Below are positions 8,363-14,867 of a stretch of 14,867 nucleotides of DNA, one piece after another (position 1 is the first letter of the stretch; every line of letters starts with the position of its first letter). The position numbers and the translations under genes were made by a program. Below the pieces are notes generated by a model, which was given only the letters and a program-made list of their open reading frames with translations, ran no database searches and was not told where the DNA came from. Where the stretch lies: the IMG/VR virus record IMGVR_UViG_2617270955_000010, one strand, 5' to 3'. The DNA is from a virus. Lineage: Duplodnaviria; Heunggongvirae; Uroviricota; Caudoviricetes.

Positions 8363-8914
8363 TTACCCAGCTAATGCACGGAAAGCAGCACTAACATAAG
8401 CTACCTGAAACTTTGCATCTCGAAGCGCATGATGCGCATCAGTAACATTAATGGAAAAATTTGCCCTTACATCAATATTCTTAAGGCTTTTAGCTAGTTC
8501 AACGATGGTACGCACGTCTCGATCATTTCGAAAACGCCATGGGATATTTTGCGCATGTTTACGGTAAACCGCTGCCAATATAGCGTTATCAAAGCTTGCC
8601 CCATTCCCCCAAACTTGTACGTCATCGTTACTACGACTTCGTACAAATAGAGAAAATTCTTGTAAGGCTTCATGTAAGTCAACAGCAGACGGGTCATTAA
8701 AAACCGCCCTTGCAGAATCGCTTTGTATCATCCACCACTGTAAAGTTTTTGGGTCTACAAAACTATTTTCCAATGCAGATGATAGGGTTATAACTCTATA
8801 AAACTCATCCCCACACTTGCCAGTCAGAGGCTCAAAGAACACAGCGCCGATTGAAATCAAAGGAGCATCCATTGACACACCTAATGTTTCTATATCGAGC
8901 ATTAAATTATTCAT
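8363..8914 (-). CDS. DexA-like DEDDh 3'-5' exonuclease (DnaQ-fold)
   Basis: 183 aa. Exo I motif LDIETLG (D7, E9); Exo II motif WGNGASFDNAIL (D109); Exo III motif DAHHALRDA (H161-x4-D166). The overall pattern resembles phage T4 DexA (IDFETMG, GMSFDFPIL, HDSIHD). Strong SD GGAGG 5 nt upstream of the ATG. Confidence 0.85.
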   Translation of the reverse strand: MNNLMLDIETLGVSMDAPLISIGAVFFEPLTGKCGDEFYRVITLSSALENSFVDPKTLQWWMIQSDSARAVFNDPSAVDLHEALQEFSLFVRSRSNDDVQVWGNGASFDNAILAAVYRKHAQNIPWRFRNDRDVRTIVELAKSLKNIDVRANFSINVTDAHHALRDAKFQVAYVSAAFRALAG

Positions 8915-9054
8915 TTAACCTCCACCCCAGACATAGCTCAGGGAAACGTAACCTATTGAAATAACGAATCAAGTATTTGTCACATTCTATACTAAAACAT
9001 TCGAATTCCAAAACTTCAGCTTTTGCAACCCCTTACAAGTCAATTGATCCATAA

Positions 9055-9074
9055 TACTGTATACATACACAGTA
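9055..9074. promoter_or_regulatory. Putative LexA (SOS) operator upstream of the cargo operon
   Basis: TACTGTATACATACACAGTA has the CTGT-N8-ACAG pattern with an AT-rich centre and matches the E. coli LexA consensus TACTGTATATATATACAGTA at 18 of 20 positions. It lies 18 bp downstream of the A stop and about 140 bp upstream of the exonuclease ATG on the same transcriptional side. Confidence 0.5.
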
Positions 9075-9092
9075 CTACATTTGAAAAACAAA

Positions 9093-11369
9093 TCAAGGGA
9101 AATCATTAAAACCCGGCCAATCACAACAAGGCGGATAAACAAATTTTTTCATGTCATAAATAACTTCTGCCCCACGAGCCAGCGCCTCAAGCTCCCATCT
9201 CTGAGGCCTGATACCGTTCTGAGCAAGGTCAACGCGGATACGGGTGATTTGCAATCGTTCAGACCGGGTCAGTCTGGCCGATGGTGCAATTTCATGCGGT
9301 TTTAACGGGCTTCCGTTTCTTTGCCGACGATTTGGCGTTCTCAGCCCGTGTTTTAATGCGCCCCTGAGCGCCTTCACGACCTCCGGGTCATTCCATTCGA
9401 TAACACCATCATCAACCAGATTAAGCACTGCTGCGGCGTGCTCAGAAGGTGTGGGAACCGGTAACGAAGTATCACCACCGGTGAGCTTTCCACAGTTATT
9501 GACAGGACTCCGAGGCGCGGCGATGCCGCTTTTTAAAGTCAAAGGCTCAACGACCGGAACTTTCGGCACAATGCGCCAGTCCGTCGTTCTGGTGATATGA
9601 ATATGACGCGCGCCGAGATGCGGCGCGTAAATGCCGACCACTCTCTCGACCTCTTCCTCGTACTCGTTAACGTCATCCGACGGGCTACGGGCGACCCTGA
9701 CAGTCTGACAATCGCGCGGGACATTTGCCCCACCCTGCGCGCTGATATACAGCGCAAAATCGCCACTGTCTGCGGCGGCGCGTGCAGCCTCCACGCGTTC
9801 GTCAAATTCATCAGCAATGCTGACGCCGCGAGGCAATTTACGTAGCTCACGGTAAGCTCCCATTGTCGGCAGGCCAACCGTTTTAAATTGCGGGATGCGC
9901 CACGTTGACGCCCATGCGGTAACAGCCGCGGCAGTATCTTTCAGCGGTCTGCCGGTATCGTTATCGAGCTGACCATCCAGTGCATAGCCGTCGATATTTT
10001 TTGAAATGTATTTCGCGATATATCCCGCAGCACCGCCCCGGTTAAGGTGTTTTGCCTGAAAACGGTTTCGCGCGGCTCCTCTTTCGTCGCCATCCTCTTT
10101 GAGCGCATAGCGACGCATGATTTCGATAATCTGGTTACGCTGGCGTGGATTACAAAAAAGCATCATATGCCAGTGCGGCGTTCCGTCGTGGTGTGGCTCG
10201 ACGACTCGCAAACCGTAGACCTGTAAATCATTATCCTTGAATGCCGTGCGCATCAGGCTCCAGATACGGCAGAGATAACGCTGCGCATCCTTTGGATTAA
10301 ATGCCTCATCATTCCAGCCGTGATTAAGCTGGACGGTTTTATTTTCGCCTTTTCCAACCTGACGTGTCGGGTGATACTTTGACGGCGCGGTAAGCGTGAT
10401 AAACATCCCCACATCACCCTCTGAGGCGGCGTAACGCTCAATACCGGCAATGGTGTTCATCAGCTCCATCCGGCGAATTTCAGGATTAGAAATACTGCCC
10501 ATCACCTTACTGATAAGGTCGATGCGCTCGCCGGTTTCCCTGTTTTCAAGGTCACACGATTTAAGAAATTCCAGATTTGCCTGGCGGCGCGCACGCACAT
10601 CACGAATGGCATGTTTACTGGCATAAGGTGAACGGTCTTTATTGACCTCCCCGACAGCAATCAGTAACGCCTCATGCCAGCGCATACGCTGGCCTTTAAG
10701 CTGACTAATCCACCACTCATCGTTAAACAGGCGGGCAATGGCAGAATATGCCTGCCTCGTGGTCATCTGCCCTTTACGGTATTTTCTCCAGTAAAGCGGG
10801 GAAATATTGAAAGCACGTGCAGCGCCAGCAACATGACCATACAGGTGAGCCTGCGCCTCATCCGTAAACAGCGATTCTTTTTCGCCATGCGCATCCACCC
10901 AGGCATCGCAGAGTTCCCCATACATCATGAAAAGCTGCGATGAGATTCGGGCGGCAAACTTTTTCAGCTCCTTGTCATTCATCCCCGGCAGGCGCGCATA
11001 CTGGTCGCGCTCTGCCAGAAACAGCAACGACGCGTCAGTGTTCATTTCATGGCGCTGATTCACACGCTCAATGCGCGGCCATAAACGACGCTGAAAAGTG
11101 GATGTGAGGAAATAAAACCCGTGCACCGGGCTTTTATTGCGCCGGATGTAGTCATAGCGTGAAGTAAACAGCGAGCGCAAAAAGTAAGGCAGGCGGTTAA
11201 TCATGGATAAAACACCTTGCACCTGACGCATCTCGTCACGTGTAAGGGGTCTTTCGCGCCCGACAGCCTCGCGTGGCGCGTTCCACGCATAAGCACCGGT
11301 AAACGTCTTACCGGTGCCTGCGGCAAATGCTGACGGAGGGACAAAACGCCCGGAGGCTTTAACGGCCAT
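9093..11369 (-). CDS. A: P2-type replication initiation protein gpA (rolling-circle endonuclease)
   Basis: 758 aa from MAVKASGRFVPPSAFAAGTGK..., the N-terminus I recall for P2 gpA. The ORF track extends 14 codons further to 11411, which is a possible alternative start. HUH-like motif TPHWHMMLF and paired catalytic tyrosines GYIAKYISK (Y-x3-Y). Confidence 0.93.
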   Translation of the reverse strand: MAVKASGRFVPPSAFAAGTGKTFTGAYAWNAPREAVGRERPLTRDEMRQVQGVLSMINRLPYFLRSLFTSRYDYIRRNKSPVHGFYFLTSTFQRRLWPRIERVNQRHEMNTDASLLFLAERDQYARLPGMNDKELKKFAARISSQLFMMYGELCDAWVDAHGEKESLFTDEAQAHLYGHVAGAARAFNISPLYWRKYRKGQMTTRQAYSAIARLFNDEWWISQLKGQRMRWHEALLIAVGEVNKDRSPYASKHAIRDVRARRQANLEFLKSCDLENRETGERIDLISKVMGSISNPEIRRMELMNTIAGIERYAASEGDVGMFITLTAPSKYHPTRQVGKGENKTVQLNHGWNDEAFNPKDAQRYLCRIWSLMRTAFKDNDLQVYGLRVVEPHHDGTPHWHMMLFCNPRQRNQIIEIMRRYALKEDGDERGAARNRFQAKHLNRGGAAGYIAKYISKNIDGYALDGQLDNDTGRPLKDTAAAVTAWASTWRIPQFKTVGLPTMGAYRELRKLPRGVSIADEFDERVEAARAAADSGDFALYISAQGGANVPRDCQTVRVARSPSDDVNEYEEEVERVVGIYAPHLGARHIHITRTTDWRIVPKVPVVEPLTLKSGIAAPRSPVNNCGKLTGGDTSLPVPTPSEHAAAVLNLVDDGVIEWNDPEVVKALRGALKHGLRTPNRRQRNGSPLKPHEIAPSARLTRSERLQITRIRVDLAQNGIRPQRWELEALARGAEVIYDMKKFVYPPCCDWPGFNDFP

Positions 11370-11634
11370 ATGAGCCAAAAGCCTCTGAACAACGCTTGCT
11401 GAGTTGCTCAACCTGCGCGTTTAAATCAGCAAAAGACTTTGCGCTTCCGGTCAGAATATCGTGATGCATCAGGCCGGAAACGAGCTGGCTTAATTTCGGG
11501 TAATAACCAACCACCGCCAGCCATTCCTGACCGGCGTTTTTACCGCTTTCAGCTCTCTTTTTCTCGTGGAGAATAAACTGAAAGCTGTCACTGGTAACGA
11601 CATAACGTTCGCCAATTTCAATACGAATACTCAT
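11359..11634 (-). CDS. P2 orf83-like small early protein
   Basis: 91 aa, the same size and position as P2 orf83 immediately upstream of A; overlaps the A start by 11 nt. Confidence 0.75.
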   Translation of the reverse strand: MSIRIEIGERYVVTSDSFQFILHEKKRAESGKNAGQEWLAVVGYYPKLSQLVSGLMHHDILTGSAKSFADLNAQVEQLSKRCSEAFGSYGR

Positions 11635-11855
11635 GCCGTTCTCCGGTAATGTTTGTTTTTTGCTTCAAAGACTGACTGACAGGAAACACATCGCGTGGCT
11701 GACGGATAAGCAGCACGACGGGCAGCAGGTATTGGCGCGTCACACTCTTCGCAAACCAGCGCAGAAGCACCGCAATGTTTTACCCTTGCCGCGTTAATCT
11801 GGCGCTCCAGTAATTCAGCCTGTTGTTCCTGAATAAAATCTACGTTGTCCGGCAT
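11631..11855 (-). CDS. P2 orf82-like TraR/DksA-family C4 zinc-finger protein
   Basis: 74 aa with CEEC...(18 aa)...CVSC cysteine pairs; the position corresponds to P2 orf82; 4-nt overlap with neighbours. Confidence 0.8.
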   Translation of the reverse strand: MPDNVDFIQEQQAELLERQINAARVKHCGASALVCEECDAPIPAARRAAYPSATRCVSCQSVFEAKNKHYRRTA

Positions 11856-12160
11856 TACCAGCTCCTTTTGTCGTTCAGCTTCTTAAATTCATCAGCGCAA
11901 TAACTGGCGAGTTCTGTCGTTAATTTTGTCAGTTCATCCACTGAGGAAATTTGCTTGTGGAATACAGCGCGTTTAACAAGTAAATTGACCACATCAGACA
12001 GGAGGTTTAATTCACTCTGATAAATCGCGATAACAGATTCAGTTATTTCGCGCTTCTCTTTATCAATACCAAGTTGAATAAGAGACAAATCACCATTTTT
12101 CATAACGGCGATTTTTAAGGCGTTATTCAGTAATACAACTGAATGAGAACAGGACATCAA
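11855..12160 (-). CDS. P2 orf81-like early protein
   Basis: 101 aa, matching the size and position of P2 orf81; start/stop overlaps with flanking genes. Confidence 0.75.
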   Translation of the reverse strand: MMSCSHSVVLLNNALKIAVMKNGDLSLIQLGIDKEKREITESVIAIYQSELNLLSDVVNLLVKRAVFHKQISSVDELTKLTTELASYCADEFKKLNDKRSW

Positions 12161-12381
12161 AGCACCTCCCCGCGAGACAATCCGATATTGTGAAATTTTT
12201 CCGACTCCTGACTGAGCAGCTCGACTATCTCCACGCGGGATAACTCCGCCTTTGTGATATGGCGAATCATGGCGTCAAGATGAGAAGAAAAGCGTGTCGC
12301 TGCGTCGGCCTGTGCTTCGGCTCTGGCCTGTTGCAGCAGTAATGCGTATTTACCGCACTTGTTTTCAGAAACTGTATGCAT
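12157..12381 (-). CDS. P2 orf80-like early protein
   Basis: 74 aa, matching the size and position of P2 orf80 downstream of B. Confidence 0.75.
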   Translation of the reverse strand: MHTVSENKCGKYALLLQQARAEAQADAATRFSSHLDAMIRHITKAELSRVEIVELLSQESEKFHNIGLSRGEVL

Positions 12382-12444
12382 GACTTTCTCCAGGCAAAAA
12401 GAAGCCCCGCACGATTAAGTGCGTTAAAAACTCTGGTTAATTAT

Positions 12445-12945
12445 TTAATGCAGATATTGCTCTGGTTTTACCGACGTCAGAATTGTCGGTGCATACTCAA
12501 ACAGGCTGAATAATTCACGTAATGCACGGAATAAAGCATCACGCCAGTAACATGACTCTTCATTAATTCGCCAGTATGGCTGGTTGAATTCTTTTTCAGT
12601 CAATCCGGCATGCATAAATAAAGTACGGCGCTGACTGACAGTTAAAAAGCTAATATATGCATACTCACTTGCACCGACCTGACGGCGTTTTGAGAATGCC
12701 CCACGCAGTTCATCAATTGCACAAACCAGCCGTTCACGTTCGATGTCGTTCATTTCTTCAAAACGCATCGTTGCGTGACGTTGTTTTAACTGCGCATGAA
12801 AGCAAACTGTTAGCCGTTCGCGCTCCATCATCTGATTGTAATAATCACATGTCTCCTGCCAGCGAGGGACGGCCAGATGCTTACCAATTATCCGGCGCAT
12901 AGCTGCTGGCTGTTTTTCAACGAGATTGAGCGTCATCACTGTCAT
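12445..12945 (-). CDS. B: P2-type replication protein gpB (helicase loader)
   Basis: 166 aa, the length I recall for P2 gpB; position between orf78 and orf80 in the early operon. Confidence 0.88.
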   Translation of the reverse strand: MTVMTLNLVEKQPAAMRRIIGKHLAVPRWQETCDYYNQMMERERLTVCFHAQLKQRHATMRFEEMNDIERERLVCAIDELRGAFSKRRQVGASEYAYISFLTVSQRRTLFMHAGLTEKEFNQPYWRINEESCYWRDALFRALRELFSLFEYAPTILTSVKPEQYLH

Positions 12946-13112
12946 TTCCAGACCCTCCGGCTTTTCAGAAAGGTCAGAGCCTTTTTTAACGGACTCTGTT
13001 TTTTGGTGCGGATAATGATTCCCTTGCGTCCCTTCCCGTGGGTGATGGTGAAGTCAATCGCCCTGGGGCTTTCGTTACGCAATAACTGAGCAATACAACG
13101 CGGCTCATTCAT
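12942..13112 (-). CDS. P2 orf78-like small early protein
   Basis: 56 aa from the internal start MNEPRCIAQLL..., placed 2 nt after the cox stop. The longer ORF from 13139 would overlap cox by 25 nt. Stop overlaps the B start. Confidence 0.65.
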   Translation of the reverse strand: MNEPRCIAQLLRNESPRAIDFTITHGKGRKGIIIRTKKQSPLKKALTFLKSRRVWK

Positions 13113-13114
13113 AA

Positions 13115-13387
13115 TCACAACCCCATCCACAAAAGCCATGCATCACGCTGTTCAACCGGTCGGTTATAAAACGCCTCACGTACAGCGCGATTAAACTCAG
13201 GAATGAAAACCCATTTTTCACCGGCACGAGCCTTCGGTTTGCAAGGATCACGCAATTCAATAATTGGTAATTTATTTGCCTTCACCATTTCACTGACAGC
13301 TGTCTTTGGCTTCCCTAATAAATCAGCAAATTTATCCACATGAACCGCATCAAGCGGATACTGAATCACATAATTTTCAGCGTCCAT
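13115..13387 (-). CDS. cox: Cox-like excisionase / early-promoter repressor
   Basis: 90 aa from the second ATG (MDAENYVIQYPLDAVHVDKFADLLGKPKTAVSEMVKANKLPIIEL...), preceded by GAGGG. First gene of the early operon, divergent from C. Resembles P2 Cox in size and pattern (...LPVI...AGE.WV..P.....WL.W.GL). Confidence 0.8.
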   Translation of the reverse strand: MDAENYVIQYPLDAVHVDKFADLLGKPKTAVSEMVKANKLPIIELRDPCKPKARAGEKWVFIPEFNRAVREAFYNRPVEQRDAWLLWMGL

Positions 13388-13523
13388 ATATGGTACCCTC
13401 ATAGGATCCAGCCCTTTCTAAACCACTCAAAACCGTTTAGACGCTGGTTTATTCTCAAATCAATGGAACCTATATAGGTTCCAGTTTTGAGGGAATTTAG
13501 TCCCTATATAGGCACCATGTCAA
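13388..13523. promoter_or_regulatory. Lysogeny/lysis switch region (Pe/Pc promoters and operators) between cox and C
   Basis: 136-bp intergenic region between the divergent cox and C genes, containing two copies of the palindromic core CCTATATAGG with TATATA -10-like hexamers. Confidence 0.6.
13465..13482. repeat. Perfect 18-bp palindrome GGAACCTATATAGGTTCC (candidate operator), with a second copy of the 10-bp core at 13503..13512
   Basis: Read directly in the sequence; the core CCTATATAGG is self-complementary and occurs twice, 34 bp apart, just upstream of the C start. Confidence 0.7.
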
Positions 13524-13817
13524 ATGAAATTAAGCGAAAAGATTAAGGCCTTGCGTGAGGCTGAAGGGCTAAGCCAATCAAAATTCTGTGAAATCATAGA
13601 GTTACCGCTAAGCACACTTAAAAAATATGAAGGAGGAAACTTTGAACCCGGTGGCACAGCTTTGCTAAAAATCACTATGCATCCCACATTCCAAAAATAT
13701 GCTCTATGGCTTATGACAGATAAAACCGCGCCGGACGCAGGACAAATCGCACCGGCTCTCGCGCACATTGGGCCAGAGTCAACAGAGTCCAACCACTCCG
13801 CGAAAAGGATTGGCTAA
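13524..13817 (+). CDS. C: P2 C-type immunity repressor
   Basis: 97 aa. The C-terminal half ...FQKYALWLMTDKTAPDAGQIAPALAHIGPE... closely resembles P2 C (...FTKYTLWFMTNQIAPESGQIAPALAHFG...). Position immediately upstream of int. Confidence 0.85.
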   Translation: MKLSEKIKALREAEGLSQSKFCEIIELPLSTLKKYEGGNFEPGGTALLKITMHPTFQKYALWLMTDKTAPDAGQIAPALAHIGPESTESNHSAKRIG

Positions 13818-13886
13818 CTCTATATAAAGATTACATTTTCACCATTTGCTACCAAGATGGTGAATACAGCGCCGGAGGGCTTTCTT

Positions 13887-14867
13887 ATGGCAATTAAGAA
13901 GCTCGATGATGGTCGCTATGAAGTGGACATTAGACCTCGCGGTCGCGACGGAAAACGCATCCGCAGGAAATTCGAAAGAAAAGCTGAAGCACTAGCATTT
14001 GAGCGATACACAATCGCCAATGCCAGTCAGAAAGAATGGGGAGGCCAGCGAGCAGACCGCCGGACTTTGAGTGAGTTGCTGGACATCTGGTGGAAATATC
14101 ACGGGCAAAACCACGAGCATGGAACAAAAGAGTTTAATCATCTACTCAAAACCATCAGCGGCATAGGTGATATACCAGTGAGCAGGATGAGCAAAAGGGC
14201 TTTGATGGATTATCGTTCCATGCGACTACGTGATGGTATCAGTGCCGCAACGATAAACCGTGACATGTACCGATTATCCGGCATGTTCACAAAATTAATT
14301 CAATTGGATGAATTTTCCGGGCAACACCCAATTCACGGACTGCCGCCACTGGCGGAGGCCAACCCTGAAATGACGTTCCTGGAAAAAGCAGAAATCGAAA
14401 AACTGTTAAATGTTTTGGCTGGTGATGACTTACTTGTCGCGCTTTTATGTCTGAGCACTGGAGGAAGATGGACGGAAGTTGCCACGCTAAAACCAGCACA
14501 GATTACAAATTGCAGGGTTACCTTCCTGAAAACCAAAAACGGTAAAAAGCGAACCGTGCCGATTTCTGAGGAACTGGAGAAAAAAGTTAAAGAGGAGGCC
14601 AGCGCCAAATTATTCAAAGTTGATTATGAGAAATTTTGCGGGATTTTACGCAGAGTGAAACCTGATATACCACCCAATCAGGCAACCCACATCCTGCGGC
14701 ATACATTCGCAAGCCATTTCATGATGAATGGGGGCAATATAATCGCACTGCAACAGATTCTGGGACATGCGAGCATTCAGCAGACGATGGCCTATGCGCA
14801 CCTTGCGCCTGACTATCTGCAAAATGCCGTCGCTCTGAATCCACTAAAAGGCGGAGTGACGTTATAA
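13887..14867 (+). CDS. int: P2-type tyrosine integrase
   Basis: 326 aa from MAIKKLDDGRYEVDIRPRGRDGKRIRRKF..., with GGAGGG 8 nt upstream. The ORF track starts 10 codons earlier at 13857. Tyrosine-recombinase box motifs HILRHTFASH and catalytic tyrosine in MAYAHL. The stop codon is the last triplet of the window. Confidence 0.93.
   Translation: MAIKKLDDGRYEVDIRPRGRDGKRIRRKFERKAEALAFERYTIANASQKEWGGQRADRRTLSELLDIWWKYHGQNHEHGTKEFNHLLKTISGIGDIPVSRMSKRALMDYRSMRLRDGISAATINRDMYRLSGMFTKLIQLDEFSGQHPIHGLPPLAEANPEMTFLEKAEIEKLLNVLAGDDLLVALLCLSTGGRWTEVATLKPAQITNCRVTFLKTKNGKKRTVPISEELEKKVKEEASAKLFKVDYEKFCGILRRVKPDIPPNQATHILRHTFASHFMMNGGNIIALQQILGHASIQQTMAYAHLAPDYLQNAVALNPLKGGVTL

Noticed and set aside
9081-9305. 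74-aa plus-strand ORF overlapping the 3' end of gene A and the LexA-box region
   Set aside because: It overlaps the well-supported A coding sequence on the opposite strand and has no SD or recognisable domain. It was considered as a possible LexA-regulated small gene, but the evidence is insufficient.
11370-11411. Longer gpA start (MSNSASVVQRLLAH...) given in the ORF track
   Set aside because: P2 gpA as I recall it begins MAVKASGRF, which corresponds to the ATG at 11369. The upstream extension would overlap orf83 much more deeply. Kept only as an alternative start.
12382-12444. Possible hairpin (CGCAC-ttaatc-GTGCG followed by a T-rich stretch on the minus strand) between B and orf80
   Set aside because: The stem is short (5 bp) and the U-tract is interrupted and displaced; not convincing as a terminator or attenuator.
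13520-13792. 90-aa minus-strand ORF antisense to the C repressor gene
   Set aside because: A shadow ORF inside a well-supported CDS; no motif support.
1-14867. tRNA genes, attachment sites or CRISPR arrays
   Set aside because: No cloverleaf-like or repeat-spacer structures were seen. The window ends at the int stop codon, so attL (and any tRNA target) would lie beyond the right edge.

Overview
This window is the right-hand part of an IS21-family insertion sequence followed by most of a P2-like prophage. The IS (1..~2388; istA and istB) has inserted into the major capsid gene N, leaving only its first 25 codons. The prophage then runs in P2 order: O (scaffold), divergent P (terminase ATPase) and Q (portal), the cos site, a two-gene cargo operon, replication gene A, the early genes orf83/orf82/orf81/orf80, B, orf78 and cox, the C repressor, and integrase. 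The cargo operon sits exactly where P2 carries tin/old, between gene A and cos, which is a known anti-phage defence hotspot of P2-like prophages. It encodes a DexA-like DEDDh 3'-5' exonuclease and a 547-aa HipA-type kinase core fused to a C-terminal HIRAN domain. I do not recognise this pairing as any named defence system, so it is the main candidate for an undescribed system. It is AT-rich by eye compared with the phage backbone, is preceded by a near-consensus LexA box and is followed by a strong intrinsic terminator. All calls rest on reading the translations and motifs, and on recalled P2 gene order and protein sequences; no database searches or computed statistics were possible.
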